Both the position numbers and the translations under genes were made by a program. A stretch of DNA of 64,000 nt from positions 61,943 through 125,942 of the forward strand of contig JBIOYV010000111.1 of NCBI GenBank assembly GCA_044870335.1, given 5' to 3'. The DNA is from Burkholderiales bacterium (GTDB lineage Bacteria; Pseudomonadota; Gammaproteobacteria; Burkholderiales; SG8-39). Below, piece by piece: positions 38,208 to 45,910 of this stretch. The notes beneath the pieces were generated by a model. That model was given only the letters and a program-made list of their open reading frames with translations, ran no database searches and was not told the DNA's origin. Every line of letters starts with the position of its first letter. The stretch's first letter is position 1.

Positions 38208-39311
38208 CTACCGCAGCGCGCTGTAGACCTCGGCGAGCGAGCGCTTCCCGCCTTGTCCGGCGGCAAGTGCGAGCGACGCCCGGGCCAGCTTCTCCGCATC
38301 GCCCGCCGCGATCTCGGCCGCCAGGGCCTGCGCTTCCGCGCTGGTCAGCGAGCGCACATGGATTCGGGCGAAGCAGCGTCCCGGGCGGATCAGCGCGTCG
38401 TCCAGGTCGCCGACGTTCGGCAGGTTGGTCGAGAAGATGATCTTGCGTCCCTGCGCGCGCACCACGCCGTCGGCGATGGCGAGAAAGCGGTGCAGATGCT
38501 GGTTGCCGTCGGCGCGCGGCTTGAGCAGGTGGTCCGCGTCCTCGACGATGAACGCTTCATCCTCGCCGGTGATGAATTTGACGAAGATCTGGTCGCTGGA
38601 GAGTGCCCTCATGTCGCCGGTGTACATGGCGCGTGCTTCCTCGCCCTTGCGCCGCGACATCTCGCCGAGGATGGCGCGGATCAGCCGCGTCTTGCCGGTG
38701 CCCGGCGGCCCCTGCAGCACGAGCACGGTTTCCGGCGCGGCCAGGTAGCGCGCGATAAAGGGTTTCACGCCTTCCCTGATCTCGGGATAGGCGCGGTCGC
38801 GCAGGTCGTCGTCGGCCATCTCCTCGATCGACGCGCTCTCCAGGTCGTTACCCGAGAGAAAGTGCCAGTCGATCGAGAACATCGGCTCGGTGATGCGGGT
38901 CGAGCCGGCCTTGTCGAGCAGCCGCTGCTTTGCGGCCTCGGCGCGCGCCAGGTCGGCCGCCCAGATGTAGAAGGAGCAGGAGCAGTAATCGGCCTTGCGG
39001 CTGCCGTACGCGGCGACGAACAGCCCATCGCCGTCGAGGAGCATCGCCTCGGCGTGGATGCGCTCTGCGCGCCAAGCCGGGTCGAGCGCGATCGCGTCGA
39101 GCAGCACCTCGAGCTCGACGCGCGCTGCGAAGCGCAGCACACGGTAAGCGGGGTAGCGCGAGACGCCGTCCTCGAGGGCACGGGCCATGCGGTTCTCCAG
39201 CACCAGGGCGCCCAGGTAGTTGACGTGCCGCGTCAGCCCGCTGAACTGCTTGTATTGGTCGTTTTTCATGTCTCTCACAAAAAAACGGCCGACCCAAGGG
39301 CCAGCCGTCAA
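38208..39311 (-). CDS. AAA+ family ATPase with a ~190-aa N-terminal domain of unknown function
   Basis: Walker A GPPGTGKT, Walker B FIVEDAD, sensor/arginine finger region. TTG start overlaps the SPFH gene stop (TTGA). Confidence 0.8.
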   Translation of the reverse strand: MTAGPWVGRFFVRDMKNDQYKQFSGLTRHVNYLGALVLENRMARALEDGVSRYPAYRVLRFAARVELEVLLDAIALDPAWRAERIHAEAMLLDGDGLFVAAYGSRKADYCSCSFYIWAADLARAEAAKQRLLDKAGSTRITEPMFSIDWHFLSGNDLESASIEEMADDDLRDRAYPEIREGVKPFIARYLAAPETVLVLQGPPGTGKTRLIRAILGEMSRRKGEEARAMYTGDMRALSSDQIFVKFITGEDEAFIVEDADHLLKPRADGNQHLHRFLAIADGVVRAQGRKIIFSTNLPNVGDLDDALIRPGRCFARIHVRSLTSAEAQALAAEIAAGDAEKLARASLALAAGQGGKRSLAEVYSALR

Positions 39312-40453
39312 CGGATCTTCACCAGATCCTTCAGCACCGCGTCGAGGCCACCGAACACCGAGATCTTGTCGATCTTCTCGGTAACCTTCTCCAGAGTCTC
39401 CAGCTCCTTCAGCCGCAGCGCGGTCGGGTTGTCTTCCATCACCCGGGCGGTGTTCAGCAGCGAACGGGTAGCCGAGGTTTCCTCACGGCGGCGGATCACG
39501 TTCGCCAGCGCGGCCTTCTCGGCCTCCACCACCTTCGCCAGGATCACCTTCATCTCACCCGGCAGGATGATGTCCTTCACGCCGACCGAGTCGACTTCCA
39601 GGCCGAAGCCCTCCACGCGGCGCTTGATGTGCTCCGCCACCACCTGGTCGATCAGCCCCTTGTTCTCGAGCAGCTCGTCCAGGGTACGGGTACCCACCGC
39701 GGCACGCAGGCCGAACTGGAGCTCCTTGTACAGGTAGTCCGCCGGCTTCGCCTGCTTGCCGAACGCCACCAGCACGTCGGTCACACGGTAGCCCGCGTTC
39801 AGGTTCACGCGCAGCGGGACCTTGTCCTTGGTCAGGATTTCCTGACCCGCCACTTCCAGAACCTGCAGGCGCAGATCCACGAACTCGACGCGCATGTCGC
39901 GGCCGAAGCGGTAGAAGGCGCGCAGGCCGGCATCCAACACGTATGCCAGCTTGCCGTCGACGTATACGACGCCCACGTTGAACTGCGGCACCTGCACGCC
40001 GTACACGTCTTCAGCGCCGGGCACCTTCGCCTTGAAGCCGTTCGCAGTCAGAGTGATCAGCTGCGGTACCAGCTTCGGGTCGACGGTGAAGTCGGTCGCG
40101 ATGTCGACGCGCTCGAACTCCTGTTCGAGGTAGCCCTTGAAGTACAGGCGGCGGGTGTTCGGCGCCAGCATCTCGGCGAGCACGCCGTTCTCGACGCGCA
40201 GGCCGACCTCGGCCGTGCCGAGCTCGACCACGTGGAACTCGCGCGCCACGGCTTCCGGCTCCGCCTTCACCAGGAACTCGGCCAGGCGGTGCTCGAAGCG
40301 CGGCTGTGCCAGACCGAACTTCTCGACGGTCAGGCGGTGCAGCGGGTCGAAGCGAACGTGCTCGCCCGGACGCAGGATCTCGACGAAGTCGCCGCGCTCG
40401 AACAGCAGCGCGCGCTCATCCTTCTTCACATGAAACTTCCGAAACAGCATCAT
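39308..40453 (-). CDS. SPFH/band-7 (slipin-type) protein
   Basis: SPFH domain followed by a C-terminal coiled coil. RBS AAGGAG lies 7 nt before ATGATG at 40453. Confidence 0.85.
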   Translation of the reverse strand: MMLFRKFHVKKDERALLFERGDFVEILRPGEHVRFDPLHRLTVEKFGLAQPRFEHRLAEFLVKAEPEAVAREFHVVELGTAEVGLRVENGVLAEMLAPNTRRLYFKGYLEQEFERVDIATDFTVDPKLVPQLITLTANGFKAKVPGAEDVYGVQVPQFNVGVVYVDGKLAYVLDAGLRAFYRFGRDMRVEFVDLRLQVLEVAGQEILTKDKVPLRVNLNAGYRVTDVLVAFGKQAKPADYLYKELQFGLRAAVGTRTLDELLENKGLIDQVVAEHIKRRVEGFGLEVDSVGVKDIILPGEMKVILAKVVEAEKAALANVIRRREETSATRSLLNTARVMEDNPTALRLKELETLEKVTEKIDKISVFGGLDAVLKDLVKIR

Positions 40454-40714
40454 TTGTTTTCTCCTTTGTTTCTCCCTTAAAGAAACCACTTCTTAAAAAA
40501 ATCGGGAATCCGGCCTCCCGGGCGCCCGACGGGCTCCGCCGCGCACGCGGGGGAAAGCAGCGGTGCACCTCACAGAGATCCTTCCTGTGAATGCAGCGTT
40601 GCCTCGCCCGCAGGCGCCGCACGGCGCACTCGGCCTGGAACCCGGTGCGTGAGCGCGATGCTCTGCGCACACGCTGAAGCCGGCCCCGTACTGCGTTACT
40701 GCAGCCAACGTTAC

Positions 40715-40788
40715 AAGTTGGAGCGGGATTCGAACCCGCGACAGATCGGTTTTCAGCCGATTGCTCTACCCGTCTGAGCTATCCAGAT
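40715..40788 (-). tRNA. tRNA-Phe(GAA)-like. Two acceptor-stem mismatches, no encoded CCA. Possibly a pseudogene.
   Basis: D-arm GCTCAGACGGGTAGAGC, anticodon arm ATCGG-CTGAAAA-CCGAT and T-arm GCGGGTTCGAATCCCGC read by hand. Its first nucleotide is shared with the CCA end of the adjacent tRNA-Met. Confidence 0.5.
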
Positions 40789-40862
40789 GGTGGCGAGAGT
40801 GAGAGTCGAACTCACGACCTCCGCCTTATGAGAGCGTTGCTCTACCGCTGAGCTATCTCGCC
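40788..40862 (-). tRNA. tRNA-Met(CAT)
   Basis: Acceptor GGCGAGA/TCTCGCC, anticodon loop CTCATAA, T-loop TTCGACT, A73 then CCA. Confidence 0.7.
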
Positions 40863-41311
40863 CAACATTCGTCGCTCCCACGCCGCGGTACACGCCACGC
40901 CGATGTTCCAGGCAGGCGCGCCAGGGAGGACTCACGAGCCTCGCCCGCTGCGAACGCGTTCACGAAGAATTCTTGCTACGGATGTGGCAAAGCTTTGGGG
41001 GGACCTGCCGGAGTCGCACCGGCACTTGCGGATTCACATTCCGCTGTGCTGCTGTTACACCAAGATCTCCATCGAATCGGTGATGGCGCGCCTGACAGGA
41101 CTCGAACCTGAACCGACGGATTACCCGGGCATTACTCCGGGCCGCGCTGCGCTTGGAAACGCGCTTCCCTTCAGAACCGTCATCGGACCCTGTCGGTGCA
41201 TCCGCAACCATGCCCGCTCACGCGTTTGCAAATCCGCCTCCGCTCTTAACGGCACCCTTCGTCACTCGTTTTGGGTGTGCACTTTCCCTGTTGTGCGACA
41301 GGCGCTTGCTC

Positions 41312-41387
41312 TGGCTGTCCAGGCAGGCTTCGAACCTGCAGCCCGCGCCTTAACAGGGCGCCGCTCTACCGGTTGAGCTACTGGACA
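41312..41387 (-). tRNA. tRNA-Asn(GTT)
   Basis: Full cloverleaf: TGTCCAG-TA-GCTC-AACCGGTA-GAGC-G-GCGCC-CTGTTAA-GGCGC-GGGCT-GCAGG-TTCGAAG-CCTGC-CTGGACA-G-CCA (76 nt). Confidence 0.85.
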
Positions 41388-41394
41388 AAAGGAC

Positions 41395-41470
41395 TGGTAC
41401 CGGCCCGTGGTCTCGAACCACGCACCTCCCGCTTATCGAGCGGGTGCTCTTCCGGATGAGCTAGACCAGT
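41395..41470 (-). tRNA. tRNA-Ile(GAT)-like (unusual C33)
   Basis: Acceptor ACTGGTC/GGCCGGT with two G-U pairs. Anticodon loop TCGATAA. T-arm CGTGG-TTCGAGA-CCACG. CCA encoded. Confidence 0.6.
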
Positions 41471-41473
41471 GTC

Positions 41474-41548
41474 TGGCGGGGGCGCCTGGATTCGAACCAG
41501 GGACATCCGGCGTCAGAGGCCGGCGTTCTGCCGCTGAACTACGCCCCG
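41474..41548 (-). tRNA. tRNA-Gln(CTG)
   Basis: Anticodon arm CCGGC-CTCTGAC-GCCGG. T-arm CCTGG-TTCGAAT-CCAGG. C1-C72 mismatch. CCA encoded. Confidence 0.7.
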
Positions 41549-41550
41549 GC

Positions 41551-41626
41551 TGGCGCTTCCCCTCCGTTTCGAGCGGAGCTCTCCGGATCTTCAAACCGGC
41601 GCTGTCACCAGACCAGCTAGAGAAGC
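41551..41626 (-). tRNA. tRNA-Phe(GAA)-like with a non-canonical T-loop (CTCGAAA)
   Basis: Acceptor GCTTCTC/GGGAAGC. Anticodon loop TTGAAGA with a 31-39 mismatch. T-arm CTCCG-CTCGAAA-CGGAG (C54). Confidence 0.55.
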
Positions 41627-41632
41627 GTGAAT

Positions 41633-41708
41633 TGGTACTCGGTGATGGGGTCGAGCCATCGTCCTCCCGCTTGTGAGGTGGGCGCTCTTCGCACTGAGCT
41701 AACCGAGC
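41633..41708 (-). tRNA. tRNA-Val(CAC)-like with a non-canonical T-loop (CTCGACC)
   Basis: Acceptor GCTCGGT/ACCGAGT. Anticodon loop CTCACAA. T-arm GATGG-CTCGACC-CCATC. Confidence 0.6.
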
Positions 41709-41711
41709 ATT

Positions 41712-41787
41712 TGGTCGGCGCGGCAGGAGTTGAACCTGCAACCTTCTGATTAAGAGTCAGCTACTCTCGCCATTGAGTTACGCGCCG
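41712..41787 (-). tRNA. tRNA-Lys(CTT)
   Basis: Acceptor CGGCGCG/CGCGCCG. Anticodon loop CTCTTAA. T-arm GCAGG-TTCAACT-CCTGC. Confidence 0.7.
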
Positions 41788-41799
41788 TGTAGATAGTTT

Positions 41800-41875
41800 T
41801 GGCGGCACCGGCGGGACTTGAACCCGCGACCTCCTGCTCGACAAGCAGGCACTCTGTCTTCTGAGTTACGGCGCC
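41800..41875 (-). tRNA. tRNA-Asp(GTC)
   Basis: Acceptor GGCGCCG/CGGTGCC. Anticodon arm CCTGC-TTGTCGA-GCAGG. T-arm GCGGG-TTCAAGT-CCCGC. Confidence 0.8.
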
Positions 41876-41881
41876 ATTGAG

Positions 41882-41959
41882 TGGTACCTCCGGAAGGATT
41901 CGAACCCTCGGCCTCGCGGTTCGTAGCCGCGCGCTCTGGTTCCGCTGAGCTACGGAGGT
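41882..41959 (-). tRNA. tRNA-Arg(ACG)
   Basis: Acceptor ACCTCCG/CGGAGGT. Anticodon arm CGCGG-CTACGAA-CCGCG. T-arm GAGGG-TTCGAAT-CCTTC. Confidence 0.8.
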
Positions 41960-41964
41960 GTTGA

Positions 41965-42051
41965 TGGTTGAGCGGGAAGGATTTGAACCTTCACGGAACT
42001 GGCCGACCTCGGGGTTACGGCGCGGTGCCCTGCCTCATGGGCGTCCGCTCG
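41965..42051 (-). tRNA. type-II (long variable arm) tRNA-like gene, 87 nt. Anticodon arm not resolvable. Possibly a Tyr/Leu/Ser-type pseudogene.
   Basis: T-arm GAAGG-TTCAAAT-CCTTC resembles the E. coli tRNA-Tyr T-arm. Acceptor CGAGCGG/CCGCTCA with a C1-A72 mismatch. CCA encoded. No complementary anticodon stem found. Confidence 0.45.
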
Positions 42052-42057
42052 GTTGTA

Positions 42058-42134
42058 TGGTCTCGCCGGCAGGATTCGAACCTGCGGTCTCCTCGTCCCG
42101 AACGAGGCGCGCTGGCCGGCTGCGCTACAGCGAG
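42058..42134 (-). tRNA. tRNA-Pro(CGG)
   Basis: Anticodon arm CCTCG-TTCGGGA-CGAGG is identical to the E. coli tRNA-Pro(CGG) loop. T-arm GCAGG-TTCGAAT-CCTGC. Acceptor CTCGCTG/CGGCGAG. Confidence 0.85.
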
Positions 42135-42147
42135 GGAAGAAAATTGC

Positions 42148-42222
42148 TGGCATTCCCGGCCGGATTCGAACCGGCATCCACGGCTTGAAGGGCCGCGGTC
42201 CTGACCGTTAGACGACGGGAAC
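42148..42222 (-). tRNA. tRNA-Glu(TTC)
   Basis: GTTCCCG-TC-GTCTAACGGTCAGGAC...CCTTCAA...GCCGG-TTCGAAT-CCGGC-CGGGAAT-G-CCA. Closely parallels E. coli tRNA-Glu. Confidence 0.85.
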
Positions 42223-42361
42223 GTCGTAAATCGCGGGCGCAAGCCCGCCACCCCGCCGCGCGGCCCATGGGCCAACCGAGGGCACGTTGCGCGCGGCGGG
42301 GTCGTTTGCCACATCCAAGTTGTAAAAGAGCGGCGCGAGCTTTCGCTCACGCGAAAAAATC

Positions 42362-42438
42362 TGGTGCCCCACCCGGGATTCGAACCCGGAGCAGCGTGTT
42401 TCTGAGACACGCGCGTATGCCGATTCCGCCAGCGGGGC
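42362..42438 (-). tRNA. tRNA-Leu(CAG)-like lacking the long variable arm (77 nt). Atypical, possibly a pseudogene or non-canonical tRNA.
   Basis: Leu-type D-arm TG-GCG-GAATCGGCATA-CGC. Anticodon arm CGTGT-CTCAGAA-ACACG. Only a 5-nt variable region. T-arm CCGGG-TTCGAAT-CCCGG. Acceptor GCCCCGC/GTGGGGC. Confidence 0.6.
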
Positions 42439-42496
42439 GTTCGGGTCGCGGCACTCGGAAAATGCCGCGACCGGAATGCCGGTCCGCGAAGGCAAC

Positions 42497-42540
42497 AAAA
42501 AGCCCGGGGACCTTGCGGCGCACCCGGGCTCGGACGGACG
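42497..42540 (-). terminator. rho-independent terminator (minus-strand sense), copy 2 of a repeated ~45-bp element
   Basis: In minus-strand sense: hairpin gcccgggtgcgccgcaaggtccccgggc followed by tttttgt. Shares the consensus aCAAAAAGCCCGG...CCGGGCTyGGAyGG with the element at 42713. Confidence 0.6.
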
Positions 42541-42712
42541 ACCAGCGATTACTTGATCGCTAGAAGGCCTCCTCCGCTCGGTGCGCGCGCGTATCCGCCT
42601 CGCATGGCGCGATGGGCTTTCGCTGTTGCTCGAGTCGCAAATGCCGGTTCATCGAAATTCGATCCATATCCGTTCTCCTAACGCCGTGCTTGCAGCGGCG
42701 TTGACGCCCCAG

Positions 42713-42756
42713 AAACAAAAAGCCCGGAGCGCTCGCGCGGTCCGGGCTTCGGATGG
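42713..42756 (-). terminator. rho-independent terminator (minus-strand sense), copy 1 of the repeated element
   Basis: In minus-strand sense: hairpin gcccggaccgcgcgagcgctccgggc followed by tttttgtttc. Confidence 0.6.
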
Positions 42757-42817
42757 GCGCAAAGCGCTTACGCGATCTTCGTCTCCAGATCGGCGTCTCT
42801 ATCAAGTCGCTTCGGTT

Positions 42818-42848
42818 GCGTCGTGTGCATGTGCAAGGGCGCGCATTG
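42818..42848 (-). promoter_or_regulatory. strong sigma70-like promoter (TTGACT-N16-TACAAT) pointing toward lower coordinates. Embedded in a palindrome tcttgac-N9-gtcaaga.
   Basis: Minus-strand sense reads ctcTTGACTttggatctgtcaagacTACAATgcg. The same region carries TTGACA hexamers in plus-strand sense upstream of the 43009 gene. Confidence 0.55.
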
Positions 42849-43008
42849 TAGTCTTGACAGATCCAAAGTCAAGAGAATTTCTTGACACCGCCGCAGCCGC
42901 GACGAGTTCTAAGCCGAGGGTGCGCAAAAGGCAGTACGACCTGCGCCTGGAAATAAGTAGGTCCGAGGGATCGCTTTCGAAGGCGCAGAATTTAGACAGA
43001 GTGTTCCC

Positions 43009-44295
43009 ATGCAACCCGACGTCCAAATTCTCATCATCGGCGGCGGCCTCTCGGGCCTCAGCGCGGCGCTGCACCTCGTGCGCGCCGGCGTCGAGGACGT
43101 CTTCGTGCTCGAGGCCGAGCACATTGGCCTGGGCGGAAACACCTACCTGTCCGGCACGCCGGGTCCGGTGTTCCCCGATTACACCAAGATGGTGCTTACG
43201 CCGGACGACCGTGGCTATACCTATCTGTCGCGGCGCTTCAACCGCCAGGTGGCCCTCAACCTGATGCGCGTCAAGCGCCGCGGCGTGGAGCTGCAGCTCG
43301 AGCTCGCGCGGGGCTTCGACCCGCGCCTCGTGCGCCAGTACGGCACGCTCATCGTCGGCGAGCCCGACGACGACAGGAGGTTGCGCGAGGAGCACCGCGT
43401 GATGCGCGACCTCGGCATCGACGCCGACATCGAGCGCTACGACGCCGGCCTGATTGCCGCGCTCTACGGGACCGCCACGGGAAAGTACGTCCGGGGCCTG
43501 TTCGTCACCGGTGACGCGATCGTCGACTCGACGCGCTACATCCAGGCGATCGCGCGCTCGCTCGGCGAGACGCGTTACCGGGAGCAATCGCGCGTGGTCG
43601 CGTTGCGCGAGGAGGGCGACGTGGTGCGCGCCGAGCTCGAGGGCGGCGAGTCGGTGAGCGCCGCGCACGTGGTCATCGCGACCAACGGGTTCATCATCGA
43701 TCACGATGCGAATCTGAACAGCAGAATGCGCTCCTACTGGACCTTTCTCGTCGCCTTCGACGATCCGGGCGAGAACACGCCGAACGCCTATTACTTCGAC
43801 CCGCGTGCGCATTACTGGGCGCGCCAGGACGGCAAGCTCATCGTCGGCGGCGAGGACACGCCGGTGATCGACGATAACTTCCATGCGCCTCCGAACGCCG
43901 AGCGCTCCGCCGGGCGGCTCGTGGGCTGGTGCGCCGAGACGTTCCCGCGCCTCGCCGGGCGCACGGCGCTCGCGCTGCACTACAGCGTGTTCGGCGAAAC
44001 GCGCGACAACCTGCCGATTCTCGGCCGCTTTTCGCCGCAGAGCCGTGTCTGGTACGTCGTGGGCGACAACGGCGACGGCCAGAGCACGTTGAGCTGCATC
44101 GCCTATCTGCTTCCGCGCGCCATGGGCTTTGCGCAGCCGAGCGCCGAGGAAGAAGCGCTCATCGCCTTCCTCTCGCCCGGACGGGAGAGCCTCAAGGAGC
44201 CGCCCGCCAAGCCGGCGCCCGCCGCGCCGACCGCGGCCGGCGCATTGATCGAGACCAAGATCGACACCGAGATCGAGACCGAGATCGCGACCTAG
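43009..44295 (+). CDS. FAD-dependent oxidoreductase (DAO/glycine-oxidase-like family)
   Basis: N-terminal dinucleotide-binding motif ILIIGGGLSGLSAA. C-terminus carries IETKIDTEIETEI repeats. Confidence 0.8.
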   Translation: MQPDVQILIIGGGLSGLSAALHLVRAGVEDVFVLEAEHIGLGGNTYLSGTPGPVFPDYTKMVLTPDDRGYTYLSRRFNRQVALNLMRVKRRGVELQLELARGFDPRLVRQYGTLIVGEPDDDRRLREEHRVMRDLGIDADIERYDAGLIAALYGTATGKYVRGLFVTGDAIVDSTRYIQAIARSLGETRYREQSRVVALREEGDVVRAELEGGESVSAAHVVIATNGFIIDHDANLNSRMRSYWTFLVAFDDPGENTPNAYYFDPRAHYWARQDGKLIVGGEDTPVIDDNFHAPPNAERSAGRLVGWCAETFPRLAGRTALALHYSVFGETRDNLPILGRFSPQSRVWYVVGDNGDGQSTLSCIAYLLPRAMGFAQPSAEEEALIAFLSPGRESLKEPPAKPAPAAPTAAGALIETKIDTEIETEIAT

Positions 44296-44408
44296 CGGAG
44301 CGCCTCAGCGATACCGCCGAAGCCGAAGACCGCGGCGATGATTGCGACGATAAAAAACCCGATTGCCCAGCTCAGCATAAAGACCTCGACTAGGAGGCGC
44401 CGGCCTCT

Positions 44409-45902
44409 TCAGGATCCCGGCTGCGCCCAATTGCGCGCCCGGCTCACCGCTTCGCGCCAGCGGCTCATCAGAGCCTGCCTCTTCGAGGGCTCCATCGCGG
44501 GCTCGAAGCGGCGCGCGGCTTTCCATTGCTGCGCGAGCTCTGCGCGCGACTTCCAGAGAGCGACGGTGAGGCCGGCGAGATAGGCCGCGCCGAGCGCGGT
44601 GGTCTCGAGGACGCGCGGTCGGACAACGGGAACACCGAGGAGGTCGGCCTGGAATTGCATCAGCAGGTCGTTGGCGGAAGCCCCGCCGTCGACGCGCAGC
44701 TCGGCGAGCTTCTCGCCCGAGTCCTTCTGCATCGCCTCGAGCACTTCTGCGCTCTGGAAGGCGATCGATTCGAGCGCGGCGCGCGCTATGTGGGCTCTTG
44801 TCGTTCCTCTCGTCAATCCAAGGATGGTGCCGCGCGCGTTCGGATCCCAGTAGGGCGCGCCCAGTCCGGCGAAGGCGGGGACCACGAAGACGTCGCCGGA
44901 ATCGAGGACCTCGGAGGCAAGCCGTTCCACTTCGCTTGAACTGCTGAAAAAACCAAGCTGGTCGCGCAGCCACTGCACGACCGCGCCGGCGATGAACACG
45001 CTGCCTTCGAGCGCGTATTCCTTCGCGCCCGTCTGCGCGCAGGCGGTAGCGACGAGGCCGTTTGCCGACTGCACCACCTTGTCGCCGGTGTGGAGCAGCA
45101 TGAAACAGCCCGTGCCGTAGGTGTTCTTCGCCATGCCGGGCGCGTGGCAGGCCTGGCCGAAGAGCGCCGCCTGCTGGTCGCCGGCGACGCCGGCGATGAG
45201 GAGCGGCTCGCCGAGGACGCCCGCGGGCACCATGCCGAAGGCATGCGCCGAGGGATGGACCTCCGGCAGGATCGCCCGCGGCACGCGCAGCAGCCGCAGC
45301 AGCTCGTCGTCCCACTCGTTGGTATGAATGTTGAAAAGCAGCGTGCGCGAGGCGTTGGAGACGTCGGTGACGTGGGTGCGGTTGCCGGTGAGCTGCCAGA
45401 CGAGCCAGGTGTCGACCGTGCCGAACGCGAGCTCGCCGCGCGTCGCGCGCTCGCGCGCGCCGGGAATCTCGTCGAGCAGCCACGCGAGCTTGGTGCCGCT
45501 GAAGTAGGGATCGATCACGAGCCCGGTGCGCTCGCGGATCAGGCTCTCCGCGCCGACCTCGCGCAGATCCTTGCAGAGCCCGGCGGTGCGCCGGTCCTGC
45601 CACACGATGGCGTTGTGGACCGGCTCGCCGGTCTGCCGGTCCCAGACGATGGTGGTTTCGCGCTGGTTCGTGATGCCGATCGCCATCACGTCCTTGGCGG
45701 AGACGTTGGACTTGCGCAGCGCTTCGCGCGCCACGTCGCGCTGCGTGGCGAAGATCTCGCGCGGGTCGTGTTCCACCCAGCCCGCCTGCGGAAAGATCTG
45801 GCGGAACTCGCGCTGCCCGAGCGCCACCGGGCCGCCGGCCTCGTCGAAGAGGATCGCCCGCGAGCTCGTGGTGCCCTGATCGAGGGCCAGAACGTACTTC
45901 AC
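44409..45902 (-). CDS. glpK: glycerol kinase
   Basis: [20 protein letters not shown]... is highly GlpK-like along the full 497 aa. Confidence 0.92.
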   Translation of the reverse strand: MKYVLALDQGTTSSRAILFDEAGGPVALGQREFRQIFPQAGWVEHDPREIFATQRDVAREALRKSNVSAKDVMAIGITNQRETTIVWDRQTGEPVHNAIVWQDRRTAGLCKDLREVGAESLIRERTGLVIDPYFSGTKLAWLLDEIPGARERATRGELAFGTVDTWLVWQLTGNRTHVTDVSNASRTLLFNIHTNEWDDELLRLLRVPRAILPEVHPSAHAFGMVPAGVLGEPLLIAGVAGDQQAALFGQACHAPGMAKNTYGTGCFMLLHTGDKVVQSANGLVATACAQTGAKEYALEGSVFIAGAVVQWLRDQLGFFSSSSEVERLASEVLDSGDVFVVPAFAGLGAPYWDPNARGTILGLTRGTTRAHIARAALESIAFQSAEVLEAMQKDSGEKLAELRVDGGASANDLLMQFQADLLGVPVVRPRVLETTALGAAYLAGLTVALWKSRAELAQQWKAARRFEPAMEPSKRQALMSRWREAVSRARNWAQPGS

Positions 45903-45910
45903 CGAAAAAA

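Noticed and set aside
40454-40718. Possible mobile-element boundary or integrase next to the tRNA array
   Set aside because: No integrase or transposase ORF and no direct repeats of a tRNA 3' end were found flanking the array. Only promoter-like intergenic sequence is present.
40903-41376. 157-aa plus-strand ORF across the tRNA array
   Set aside because: The translation is of tRNA genes (GFEP/GLEP motifs from T-arms). It is not a protein.
42802-43980. 392-aa minus-strand ORF
   Set aside because: Antisense to the FAD-dependent oxidoreductase gene (43009..44295), whose translation has a clear dinucleotide-binding motif.
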